A DNA stretch of 64,000 nt from the human T2T-CHM13v2.0 reference genome, Homo sapiens, in NCBI RefSeq assembly GCF_009914755.1, contig NC_060936.1; one strand, 5' to 3'. A model generated the notes under the pieces. The model worked only from the letters and a program-made list of their open reading frames with translations, had not been told where the DNA came from and ran no database searches. Numbering within the stretch: position 1 is the stretch's first letter; every line of letters begins with the position of its first letter. Positions 13,501 to 25,358 of this stretch are shown piece after piece. The translations under genes were made by a program, and so were the position numbers.

Positions 13501-13918
13501 TACAGAGGGTTTGACACAATTTCTGTCTCAGTTTATGTCAGCTGTCATCATGGAGCCTGTGGTCCAAATGTTTTCCTAAACTTAGAGTCCCAAACAATGT
13601 TTCCATGCTTTTAAAAACTGGAGCATTTGCAGTTTATTTATCAAAATAAAGGCTTTTAAAGAACATTTCTTGGAAAATAGAAATAGATTTTAAGTTGTTG
13701 TTTATTGGTTGCTGCTACCTGAACCATCACTAAGCTGGTCCGGGGGCAAAAAATAAGAAAAACTAATCCTGTTCTGCCAAGGACTTACTTAATCTTGTCA
13801 TAGACTAACTTCTCAAAATTTCTGATTGTTGCTGGAGATGAGACTTGGGCTTGACATATTTGTGTCTGTCTTGTTCGTATTACCTCTTGCTTTTACTTCA
13901 TTTTCTTTCATTTTAAAG

Positions 13919-14116
13919 TGGGATCCCATGATTACTACATTACCTGGCTTGTACCTGGTGTCAGTTGGAGTGGTCAAACCTGCCATTTGGATCTTTGGAT
14001 GGTCTGAACATGTTGTCTGCTCCATTGGGATGCTCAGATTTGTTAATCTTCTCTTCAGTGTTGGCAACTTCTATTTACTATATTTGCTTTTCCACAAGGT
14101 ACAACCCAGAAACAAG
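13919..14116 (+). CDS. ALG10B: ALG10B coding exon 2 (aa 58-123)
   Basis: Pyrimidine tract then ttttaaAG|TGG; encodes WDPMITTLPGLY...VQPRNK; donor AAG|GTATGT; 198 nt, phase 0/0. Confidence 0.97.
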
Positions 14117-14339
14117 GTATGTTTCAAAATACTTAATTACAAGTTTATGTGTAGTCAGGTCCACAATTACAATGAATTAGTTTTATGAGATTTGGTGAAA
14201 AATGTCTTTAACACTTTGTAACTTTGTATTTTTTGTATATTATGTAAAGGTAAATTTAAATTCTCCATCTCCATTTTAGAATAAATTTGTATTTAAATAC
14301 TTGAATAACTTATTTGTAAACTCTAAAGTAAATATTTGT

Positions 14340-15180
14340 TAAGTGAGTCAAACCAGTTCAATAAATACTTACTGAGCTTATTCCATGTGCTGGGGACTGG
14401 GACTACAGAGATAAATGAGGCAGTCTTTTTCTTGTAAAACGTATATATTCAGTAGGGAAAACAGACTTTACCTGAGGACTTTTGATGTGGTAATAGTGCA
14501 GGCCCCGGAGGTCGATTGCCTGGGTTAGAATTCTCTCCCTGCCACTTAACCAGTTTTGTTACTGTGGGCAGGTTAACCCTTAGTGGCTCCATGTCTTCAT
14601 CTGTTAAATAAGAATAACAATAGAATCTGCCTTATAGAACTGTTATAAAGGAACAAGGAAACTTAATAAATGGAAGATGCTTCAAATAGTGCCAGATATA
14701 TAGTAAGGGCTCAGTAAATATTAACTCTAATAATTATTTTTAACCTTAAGAGATTATTTCAGTAGTGTCAATTATGATAGAGTAGTAGACATAAGATGCT
14801 ATGAGGACACAGAGAAGGAGCAGGGAAACACTTACTGCTTTTCTGGGAGGGAGAGGAGTATGTGGCATTCAGTAAGTCCTCACAGAGAAGATGGTACCAG
14901 AGCTGAGTCCTGATGAACGGATAGGGCTGTGTAGGGTGAGGAATTAATCCTGGGGAGACAAACAGCATAAGCAAAGGAAGAAAGGCATTGAACAATGAGG
15001 TGCAGGGAATTGGTCTTGGAATTACAGGATTAGAAAGTAGAGGGATGTAAGGCTAGAGAAGTAGGTCATGAATGCCCTCATATGTCACAGAGAGGACTTT
15101 GAACTTTAGCATGTAATGGAGAGACCTTAATTTTAATCAAGGAAATGACATGGTCTGATTTAGTGATTTAGATTAAGTGG
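14340..15180. mobile_element. L2 remnant interrupted by a MIR (~14480-14730) in intron 2
   Basis: L2-like ttcaataaatacttactgagc...gtgctggggact; MIR-like ctgccacttaaccagt...catctgttaaataaga...ctcagtaaatatt. Confidence 0.6.
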
Positions 15181-15818
15181 AGTATACAATTCAAGAACAT
15201 AAGAACACTTTCAAATTCTGAAATAGCATGTCAGAAAGGCCAAAATAAGATATATAAGTTTAGACTGGCTCACTTTTCAGAAAAATACCGTTATTTCATC
15301 ATGAAAATATCATCTTGAAAAAGTAAGTCTGGATATGGTAAAATAAATACCATATGCATGTTTACATTCTCCCTTGTGTAGTGTTATGAAGGATTTCCTT
15401 AAAGGAAAGTGGTGATTATGGCTAAGTGAATCCTTATTGAAGGCACTAAAACATAAGCTCAGGGAAATGGAGCCAGCATTGTGTCCTATTTATCTCCATA
15501 GTCCCCACAGAACTTAGTCGGTATCTTGCACTCAGTAACTCCTTAACTAATCATAGCCTGATTCAAATTGTGTTAAGCTATAGAAGCTTTGGCATACACA
15601 TGGTCTCCAAACTGATAGGTATAAATAAAAAGTACCAGGAAGTGTTCTTATAAATGTTTATTGTGTTTTTGCAAAGCCAGAGATAAGATTAATATTGATT
15701 AATTTTATTTAAATAAGGTTTGAGTAGTTGAGTAGTTTTAAATAAATCTCTTCATTAGGTAAGCAGAAATAGCATTTATCATTAAAATAATTGTATCTGT
15801 GTTTTTTCTTCCTCCAAG

Positions 15819-16871
15819 GCTGCCTCAAGTATCCAGAGAGTCTTGTCAACATTAACACTAGCAGTATTTCCAACACTTTATTTTTTTAACTTCCTTTATT
15901 ATACAGAAGCAGGATCTATGTTTTTTACTCTTTTTGCATATTTGATGTGTCTTTATGGAAATCATAAAACTTCAGCCTTCCTTGGATTTTGTGGCTTCAT
16001 GTTTCGGCAAACAAATATCATCTGGGCTGTCTTCTGTGCAGGGAATGTCATTGCACAAAAGTTAACTGAGGCTTGGAAAACTGAGCTACAAAAGAAGGAA
16101 GACAGACTTCCACCTATTAAAGGACCATTTGCAGAATTCAGAAAAATTCTTCAGTTTCTTTTGGCTTATTCCATGTCCTTTAAAAACTTGAGTATGCTTT
16201 TCTGTTTGACTTGGCCCTACATCCTTCTGGGATTTCTGTTTTGTGCTTTTGTAGTAGTTAATGGTGGAATTGTTATTGGCGATCGGAGTAGTCATGAAGC
16301 CTGTCTTCATTTTCCTCAACTATTCTACTTTTTTTCATTTACTCTCTTTTTTTCTTTTCCTCATCTCCTGTCTCCTAGCAAAATTAAGACTTTTCTTTCC
16401 TTAGTTTGGAAACATGGAATTCTGTTTTTGGTGGTTACCTTAGTCTCTGTGTTTTTAGTTTGGAAATTCACTTATGCTCATAAATACTTGCTAGCAGACA
16501 ATAGACATTATACTTTCTATGTGTGGAAAAGAGTTTTTCAAAGATATGCAATTCTGAAATATTTGTTAGTTCCAGCCTATATATTTGCTGGTTGGAGTAT
16601 AGCTGACTCATTGAAATCAAAGCCAATTTTTTGGAATTTAATGTTTTTCATATGCTTGTTCATTGTTATAGTTCCTCAGAAACTGCTGGAATTTCGTTAC
16701 TTCATTTTACCTTATGTCATTTATAGGCTTAACATAACTCTGCCTCCCACATCCAGACTTGTTTGTGAACTGAGTTGCTATGCAATTGTTAATTTCATAA
16801 CTTTTTACATCTTTCTGAACAAGACTTTTCAGTGGCCAAATAGTCAGGACATTCAAAGGTTTATGTGGTAA
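15819..16871 (+). CDS. ALG10B: ALG10B coding exon 3 (aa 124-473 and stop)
   Basis: Acceptor ttttcttcctccaAG|GCT; encodes AASSIQRV...RQTN...DNRHYTFY...QRFMW* (TAA 16869-16871). The three exons give 57+66+350=473 aa. GYCF, LFHKV, WKHGIL, RYAILK and KSKPIF match my recollection of ALG10B rather than ALG10. Confidence 0.96.
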   Translation, partial: AASSIQRVLSTLTLAVFPTLYFFNFLYYTEAGSMFFTLFAYLMCLYGNHKTSAFLGFCGFMFRQTNIIWAVFCAGNVIAQKLTEAWKTELQKKEDRLPPIKGPFAEFRKILQFLLAYSMSFKNLSMLFCLTWPYILLGFLFCAFVVVNGGIVIGDRSSHEACLHFPQLFYFFSFTLFFSFPHLLSPSKIKTFLSLVWKHGILFLVVTLVSVFLVWKFTYAHKYLLADNRHYTFYVWKRVFQRYAILKYLLVPAYIFAGWSIADSLKSKPIFWNLMFFICLFIVIVPQKLLEFRYFILPYVIYRLNITLPPTSRLVCELSCYAIVNFITFYIFLNKTFQWPNSQDIQRFMW

Positions 16872-17090
16872 TATCAGTGATATTTTGAACTGTAAAAATG
16901 GACTTAATAATTAGACCATTTCTACAAAGAACAACTGAATAGGTGGAAAACATGGAATTTCTTTTAGGTGCAGTGGTGGTCCTCAAATTACATTAGTTTT
17001 TTTAATATATATTTTAAACATATGTAAGAAATTAAGTGGCAAAGAACTGGGAAAGCTTAAGACCTGCTTCAAAAGCCTGAATAATGGGAA

Positions 17091-17181
17091 AATAAAATTG
17101 TTTTCAGATATCTCATATCGCTCTCGTAATGTTGGCCCCTCACAAAGCTTGGGAATGTTTTGTATGTATAAGTTTATTAAA
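17091..17181 (+). terminator. ALG10B: Candidate proximal poly(A) signals (AATAAA 17091, ATTAAA 17176)
   Basis: Hexamers 220-310 nt after the stop codon; TGTA elements lie upstream of the ATTAAA. Confidence 0.5.
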
Positions 17182-17234
17182 ACTGGGTATGCTTCATATT
17201 ACTAGAACTAATTTATTCTCTTCAGAGAGAACTA

Positions 17235-17313
17235 TTAGGTTAGTGCAAAAGTAATTGTGGTTTTTGCCATTGAAAGTAATGGCAAAACCACAATTACTTT
17301 TGTACCAACCTAA
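17235..17313. mobile_element. MADE1 mariner MITE (miR-548-type hairpin)
   Basis: TA-flanked 79-bp palindrome ttaggttagtgcaaaagtaattgtggtttttgccat...atggcaaaaccacaattacttttgtaccaacctaa. Confidence 0.95.
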
Positions 17314-17610
17314 TAACAATGTATTAGCAAATATTTACAAATGGTCAGGTGATATTCTTGACTGAAAAGTTCCTTAACATTTCAGTAAATATAATTTTAA
17401 TTCTAAGTCAAAATAGAAATGCATAGATAGTAAATGATAAAGTAGAGACTCATATATGTCTGTCTAGGCATCAAATTGTTGGTTATTGTTTACAATCCAG
17501 AAATGATGAAGCTCTTTCACTAATTCCTAATATGAAATGTATGATGGCCAAAGACAAATTGTGTTGATTATAATCCTTTAAAAGGGGGATTTCCTTTATG
17601 AAATACATAT

Positions 17611-18071
17611 TGTATTAGCTTCCCAGGGCTGCCATAACAAATGACCACAAACTTGGGTGCTTACAACAATTTTCCTCACAGTCTGGAGGCCAGAAGTCTA
17701 AAATCAAAGTGTCAGCAGAGTTGGTTCCTTCTGGAGGCTCTAAGGAAGAATCCATTCTATGTCTGTTTCCTAATATCTTGTGGCTGTCTGCAATTCTTGG
17801 AGTTCTTTGGCTTATGGGCAGATCTTGTCTAAGTATTGCAGACAGCAATCTTCACTCCAGTCTCTGCCTCTGCGTTCACACGGCCTTTCCCTCTGTCTTT
17901 TCATTACCTTTTAAGGACAGTGTCTTTGAATGTAGGGCCCACCCTGATCTAGGGTGATTGTGTCTGGAGACCCTTAATTATGTTTACAAAGACCCATGTT
18001 CCAAGTAAGTTTGTATTCACATGTTCTGAGTAGACATTGTCTCTTCATGGGATACTTTTCAGTCCATGACA
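17611..18071 (-). mobile_element. MLT1 (MLT1C-like) LTR
   Basis: tgtattagcttcccagggctgccataacaaatgaccacaaact...ctggaggccagaagtctaaaatcaa. Confidence 0.85.
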
Positions 18072-18124
18072 GTTACTAAAGGACATTTTAGGATAATCCT
18101 CATATGATTGTTAGGAGACTACCT

Positions 18125-18815
18125 TTAAAAATTTTTTATTATATATCAAATTATAGTTGTATATACTTATGAGGTACGAAGTGGCATTATGATTTTTGAA
18201 TATAATGTGGGATGATTAAATAAAGCTAATCTATCCATCACCTCAAATATTTGACATATTTTGTGATGAAAACATTTGAAATGTACTCTCAACAGTATTG
18301 AAATGTACATACAGTGCTTAATTATTAGCTGTATTCACCATGTTGTGTAATAGATCTAAAAAAAGTCAAACATATTCCTTCTATCTAATTGAGGCTTTGT
18401 ATCTTTTGATTGTCATCTCCCTATTCCCACATCCCTGGCCTCTAGCAACCATCATTCTTCTCTCTACTTCTGTGAGTTTAATTGTTTTAGATTACACAAA
18501 TAAGTGAGATCATGTGGTATTTGTCTTTCTGTGCTTGGCTTATTTCACTTACCATAATGTCCTCCACGATCATCCATATTGTTGCAAATGACACAATTTC
18601 TTCCTTTTTAAAGGCTGAATAGTATTTTTTTGTATATATATGCCACATTTTCTTTATCCATTCATCCATGGATGGACACTTAGGTTGATCGAATCACTTG
18701 GTTATTGTGACTTGTCTGCAATGAACATAGAGTGCAGACTTCTCTTTGACATACGGATTTCAAATCTTCTGGATAAATAGCCAGAAGTGGGATTGTTGGA
18801 TCAGGAGATAATATC
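18125..18815 (-). mobile_element. L1MA 3' end
   Basis: ORF 18487-18669(-) MDEWIKKMWHIYT...KDKYHMISLI is L1 3'-end-derived sequence, followed by L1MA 3'UTR. Confidence 0.88.
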
Positions 18816-19684
18816 TTAGCTGATACCTTTTAAATAACTCTCAGTATCTTTACTGAGAGGTTAAAAAATAAGTGACTTCTTAGGTAATATAAAGCTAAAG
18901 GTGACTAGTGTTTGATTCCATTATCTATTAAAAAAAGTCAGAATTGAAAGAAAGTTGAGAAATCCTTTGGTCTGACTTTGTAGATTAGGGAACAACTGCT
19001 GGGGTAGGATTATTTTGTGTTACTTTTTGAATTTTGTGTTTATTATTTTGAGTGTATTTTTTGGGTTGTCATTCCATTACAGGAAAGTATTATTTGGGCA
19101 TGTTAACTTTGACATGTAAACTTAGAATTGTGAATAGAACTCATCTTTTAACATAATTTTATGTTTCTAAACTTTAAAAGTAGCTATAAGTGAACAAATT
19201 ACTTTCCCCTCAATGTCAAATTTTGCTTCTCTGAGTTTTAAGTGATGAGTCTACATTTACAAATATAAAATTGTGTGCAGGTGAAAATTACAAGTATAAT
19301 TTGAGTAATAAATGCAGGCCATTTTTTGGTTGTACTCTAGTACTCAGAAAATAGATCGGCATTAGTTATAACAGTGATTGTAGAAAAACGTGTTTTACCC
19401 AGACTTCTTAAAAATTAGATGAGAGAGGACACTCAAAGAAATTATACTTTTGTCATTAATTTACTATAGTGGAGAACTAAATCTGGGAAGTCAAAATTGA
19501 AAAAAGAATGTGTAATTTAGGGAAAGTAACTTTTTGTCTGATAATATTAATGCAAGGATTTTGTATTTAGGAATACTTCTGAGAGGAGAAGCTTCCACTC
19601 TGATCTAGTCTGGCAAAATTGAGGAAAATATTCTACCCTGTAATTAAAGAAGACTGCTCTTTGGAGGGATCACTGTTCTATATC

Positions 19685-19990
19685 TTTTTTTGTTTGTTTT
19701 TGTCTTTGAGGAGAAGTCTCGCTCTTGTCCCCCAGGCTGGAATGCAATGGCGCGATCTTGGCTCACTGAAACCTCCACCTCCTGGGTTCAAGCAGTTCTC
19801 CTGCCTCAGCCTCCCGAGTAGCTGAGATTACAGGCGCCCACCACCAAGCCTGGCTAATTTTTTCTATTTTTAGTAGAGCCGGGGTTTCACCGTGTTAGCC
19901 AGGCTGGTCTCGAACTCCTGACCTCAGGTAATCCACCTGCCTCGCCTCCCAAAGTGCTGGGATTACAGGCGTGAGCCACTGTGCCCAGCT
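19685..19990 (-). mobile_element. AluS (Sq/Sx-like)
   Basis: Full dimeric antisense Alu with a T-rich tail. Confidence 0.95.
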
Positions 19991-21724
19991 CTTCTAGTTC
20001 ATTTTTAAGTGTTGAGTCCCTGCTGTTTTAAGAGATGTTTTGGTGAAAATCTACATTCAGAGAGAAACAGGTTAATCTTCCACATTTTTTATAAAATACA
20101 TAAAATATAGTACTTGGCATTTTAAGAAAAGAATGCCATGTATTAAAAGGTGCTATTTTCAACTATTTATTATTTTAAAACAGGAATGCTTATCAATACT
20201 TTCGAATTTAAGATAAATGTCTTCGTTAAATTTTCTAGGCAGTTCAAAGATGGCCATTTGCTGGTGAATTTTCCAAAATAGATAACAGATAAAATGATTA
20301 TGTAAGAACTTGGCACAACAGATCATTTTGCCTTTAGTCGTTCAAGAAATGATACTAAACTCAAAGTCATTCACTTGAAACAACTGAGAAGACCATTCTT
20401 AGGTGTTTAGATCCTTGCTTTTAGAAACATTCTTAGTTATATTTGTGTTTTCAAAAGTTATTGAGTAGATAGATATTTTTTCATGAATTTTTAAACATTA
20501 GACTTAGCTGAATTGATTAAAATTAGGTGATTATGAAAAAAATATTGCCCTGCTCGAGGGCATCTGGAGCCCTACAGTTACCATTACTAAAGTCTGTGAG
20601 TATGTCTATTTTGAAAAGTGTCATAAAAATATCTAGTCCATAAATCATTATAGGTTCAGTAATACATCATTTTGAACTGATTCTATCTTCTGTGAAATTC
20701 TAGAGATATGTTATCTTTAGGTAGCATGAGTAAGATTCAGGTATGCTGTGAATTTTGTTAACGTTTATGTTTTCCATTAATGGATAGTCAGGAATCTTTT
20801 GAACTGCGTCTATGTATTTAAATGATTTGGAAAGATAGCATCTCTCAGTTTAAACTTAGCATCTCATTTTGGCAAGATAAATTATTTTAGCTGTCTGGCC
20901 TTTTCTTTGTCTTCTTAGAGTTATTTCTGAAATGTGCATAGCCAGTCATAAAATAACTTGTGTAAATAGCCTAATGTAATTTATTTCTAATAAATACGTA
21001 GCTTAATGAAATGTATTTCTAGTTTGAACTTAATTGCCACTTGGCTTGATATTATTTTCCTTAGAATTGTTGGAAGAGAGGAGAGAGGAAGGGATCTACA
21101 ATTTTTATTTATACCACCTAAATAGTGGACTGTTATTTTGGACTCACTTTTAAATAAAATATTTATTCACATGAAGAAATAAATTTTGTGTTTATTAGGT
21201 TAGCAAGCGTTTATTATCTTTGAAGTAATTGGAATTTCATTAAAAAGTGAAGCAAGTAAGAATTGTGATATAAATTTGAAAATTTTTAAATGGAAATTGA
21301 AATATGACTTAGGAACTGTGGGCTTGTAGAAAAAAACATTTAACATGGGAGTTAAGATTTTTATATTTGGTTGTGGCTCTGGGATCAATAAGGCAAGTGG
21401 TTTAGTCTTTAGTCCTCATTTCAAATGAGAATAGTATTTGTCCTAACTCTAGTCAGTGTCTGATTGGTATGTGTATAACCTTATTTTAAAAAGGATTCAT
21501 TCCTGCCATATACTCATAATATTTATAAGTATGTCATATGATAAATATTGAGTAAATATATACTGAATGAAGTTTTTAGTATAGAGTGAAGTGAATAGAA
21601 AAAACATCCTACATAACCGTGGCTAATTTTAGGAAGTAAATCATGTTTCATAATAAGAGTCATCCTAAACATTTTTCTGTGTAATTTTCTGACCCAGTGT
21701 TAACAATTTTTATTTGCCTTAGTG

Positions 21725-21979
21725 CAAGCTTGTTCAACCCACAGGCCACATGCAGCCCAGGATGGCTTTGAATGCGGCCCCAACACAAATTTTGTAAGCT
21801 TTCTTAAAACATGATGAGATATTTTGTGATTTTATTTTATTTTATTTTATTTATTATTTTATTTTATTTTATTTTATTTTTTAGCTCATCAGCTATCATT
21901 AGTGTTCATGTATTTTATGTGTGGCCCAAGATGGTTCTTCCAGTGTGGCCCAGGGAAGCCAAAAGATTGGAGACCCCTG
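21725..21979 (-). mobile_element. MER30 hAT DNA transposon with an internal (TTTTA)n expansion
   Basis: ggcccagggaagccaaaagattggagacccctg terminus; caggatggctttgaatgcggccc. Confidence 0.85.
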
Positions 21980-22731
21980 CTAGCATTTAATGCTTATACA
22001 TGTATTTACTTGTAAACATGTTGTTTCTTTGATAGGATATGATTTCAACATAATTACTGTTTATTTAAAATAAGAAAAACAAATAACTTTCAACCATTAA
22101 AAGGTTATAACACTTTAAAGGAAAGTTTCTTTAATAGGGTATAATTTCAAAATAATTGCTTTTTATTTAAAATAAGAAAAATCAGTAACCTTCAACGAAT
22201 AACAGGTTAAAGAATTTAAAGGTAAAAGACATTTCAACTAATTACAAATACTTTGTTTTTTTTAGTTGGGCTACATTTTACCACTCTAGGAATAGCTGTT
22301 AATTATTTTTTATATAGGGCATTTTTATGTATTTAATGTTGACAACTGATGTTTCCAATATACAAAAACTTGTGTAACTGAGAAAATTATAATAAAAATA
22401 GAGATTGAGGACATATTTTTAACATATATCCATGAGTCAACACTAATATTTAATATTTGAGATTTGAAAAATTATTTCTAGGGTAAGAAATTTTGTCACA
22501 ATATAATATCTCTATATTGTGCTTTTTTAAGAGATAAATTTTTGATGAATTTAATGTTAATTAAATTTTATCTCAGCCTATCACCATCAGACCAAAAGAC
22601 AATACAGTATTTTTCTAACAAGGAAAAGAAAATACATATATATATATTTATATATACAAATATATACGTATTTATATATACAAATTTGTATATATGTAAT
22701 GTATGTGTGTGTGTATACATATAATTTCTCC

Positions 22732-22866
22732 TTTTTTTTTTTTTGTAAGAATTGAGACAGGGTGTCACTATGTTGTGTGGGCTGGTCTCAAAACACCTGC
22801 CTCAAGTGATCCTCCCACCTTGGCCTCCCAAAGTGCTAGGATTTACAATGAGCCACTGTGCCAGCT
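22732..22866 (-). mobile_element. Alu monomer (FLAM-like)
   Basis: Poly-T then gagacagggtgtcactatgttg...cctcccaaagtgctaggatt. Confidence 0.85.
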
Positions 22867-24469
22867 TCCAACAAGAAAAATATTAAATGTATTGGTTTTT
22901 CACAGTGAAACTTAATTCAGTTTAGTTGAACCATATATGTGTGTGTATGGCATATATAAGATGAAAAAAGGAGAAAAAGTAACAATAATAATGATGGTTG
23001 CCATCATTCATTGAACACCTATAATGTTTTAGGCATTATACTAGCTGATTTACAAATATTGTCTCATTTGATGCTACGTTTATATTTCTATGAGGCAGAT
23101 GTTGATTTCTCTTTGACTGCTGAAGAAACTGAAGGTCGGTCAGGTCAGGTGATTTGCCCAAAGTCCACACTGTCACTAAATGAACATAGATTGGTATGAC
23201 TCCCAAGCCTGTGAGTTTTTGACCGTCATATTCTGCCTCACTATGAAGTTTTTTTTCAATTTTTTTTTAATCAAAAGAAGTAGTATATGGAGAGAGAGGT
23301 GAAAATCCATGTTTGCTCTCTGCAGTTTCCAAACCATTCATGACGTGTTATTTTTGTACTGGATATAGTCATTTTTTAAAATGCTACAAACTGTTCAAAA
23401 GAGCATGAACAACATGATAACTCCTTATAATTTTGTTGTAAGATAAATGACTAAAATTATGTGGGATATTTAATTTGGATAAGTGGAAATTCTATCACTT
23501 GATAAGCTCTCTTGAAGAATAATTATTTGAAAGATTGGACTTAATTCTGTATTGCCTGAAGTGTAAATCAGAGGTCAACAATTAGATTGCAAATCATGAA
23601 AAGCATAACTTCTAATTGTTTAGTCTTTTTAGGGAAACAAGCCCAGAAAAAAAGTAAGATTCTCATTCATTGGAGATAAGATTTCTATTTATCAAAGATA
23701 CTACACAAGAGTTAGATAGCAAGTAGTTCAAATGTCTTTTAAAGGTATCTGACATCTTTAAAGCTCTGTAATTTTTAAATTCTAAATTTTGTTACAGCTA
23801 ATTTTTAAAAATTAATTGCTAAGTCATGGTCAAGTATTTCTGATGACTTACATGCTGTCTTTGGTATATTTTAAGTTTCTAAACCAAAACTACTATTTGA
23901 CTCTATTACACCCTGTTTTAGAAAAACATTTGAGTTATACAACTTACTAAAATGTATTTTAGCGGTGATGTTTTGGAGCACTGGTAATATAGTGTTTAAC
24001 TTATTTTCTATTTTTTATCCCTCTATATTCGTGAAATTACTTCTATTTGAAAAGTTTTCCGCCAGTGATAAAAAAAGGCTGAGCACTATCTGTAAAAATT
24101 TTTAAGGTGTCCACTAGGTGGAGATATTGTGCTACATTTCCAAGTGTTGTAGTTAAACTTTTATTAGTCTGAATTAAACTCTTTTATAGTGTTTTATTGT
24201 TTTAAACCACAAAGATTTATAATCATTTATATCTATTTATCTAATGTTATTCAAATGTTTTCTGCATTGTATGAAGCTAAGATAAATGTAAAAAAAACAA
24301 ACAAAAAAAACCTCACTTTGTGTTTTGTAATCATTAGACGATTTAACCTAATATATCTTCCCATATGATATGATCTTTGCATATGGCATACTTCATTCAT
24401 ATGACATAGTTAGAATCTTTTCCCACAAACAATGAGTGATGATATCTCATTTGAAAACTCGTGTAACAT

Positions 24470-24660
24470 TGTATCAGCCACTGTTATAAAGTGATTTACC
24501 CATGTTAGTCTCATAACAACTCTATGAGATCAGTACCGTACACATGGGGAAACTTAGTATAGAGAGGTGAAGTATTTTTTCCAAGATTACAAAATAACTG
24601 TCTGAGCTGGGATTCGTAACCAGGCAGCCTGACTCCAAAATCAATATTCTTAACTCTATT
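24470..24660. mobile_element. MIR remnant
   Basis: ctcataacaactctatgag...gagctgggattcgtaaccaggcagcctgactccaaa. A similar MIR lies at ~23000-23240. Confidence 0.7.
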
Positions 24661-25312
24661 GTTATGATGGAGAAAGGCATGAAGTCTACCTTCAAATTCA
24701 TGGCATTTTAGAAGGAAAAATTGTCGCAAGTAATGTGATTATACTTCCTAGTTTTATAGGTCAGAAAAATGAGGTCCACACTAATTTTGCCTCTTCCACA
24801 GGGAGATAGATTCTCATCTACCATTGTGTCTTTTGTTTCTGTTTTTGTCATGATACCTCAAATTGATATATGTTGTAATTATGAATTTAAGGAAGTAAAA
24901 AACAAAATAACTCAGGGCTGGAGCCTTCAGCCATATTAACATACATTGACATAAAGACCTTTGTTTTAATATGAATGATTCCAGTTAACAAATGGAGAAA
25001 TAGTTGTTTGAAAATTAATATTTAGCTTCTCAAAAGAGACTCCTGTTTGGAAGCAAATTGTTGGTTTAACAGGACATACTTTAGATATTTGAAAAAATTC
25101 TCTGTGGAATCACAATCTCTTATTTTTAAGAATGTAGGAATATGTGTTCTATATGCTTTTAAGTTATGTATTACATACTATTCTCTAAAATGGAAATGTT
25201 TATTTGGCTTCTAAAAGTCATTTGTGAGTTGATGTTATTTAAAACTGCTTTTCAGTCAACTTATTCTTTATAAAAAAGTTTGTTCAAATAGCATGTTTTT
25301 ATTTTGTTTCTA

Positions 25313-25356
25313 AATAAATTCATGTTTGATAATATTTTATAATGTGTTGTGTCTAT
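25313..25356 (+). terminator. ALG10B: Distal poly(A) site of ALG10B
   Basis: AATAAA 25313-25318, U-rich and TGTA elements upstream, GT-rich tgtgttgtgtct about 25 nt downstream. Confidence 0.65.
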
Positions 25357-25358
25357 TT

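Larger units (their letters stand above)
16872..25340 (+). other. ALG10B: Probable long (~8.5 kb) 3' UTR of ALG10B
   Basis: Well-formed distal poly(A) site at 25313, plus my recollection that ALG10B spans about 13 kb. Not provable from the DNA alone. Confidence 0.6.

Noticed and set aside
12552-16871. Calling the gene ALG10 or a pseudogene
   Set aside because: Recalled diagnostic residues fit ALG10B; introns, splice sites and the 473-codon frame are intact.
19685-22866. Inverted-Alu dsRNA in the 3'UTR
   Set aside because: Both Alu elements are in the same antisense orientation.
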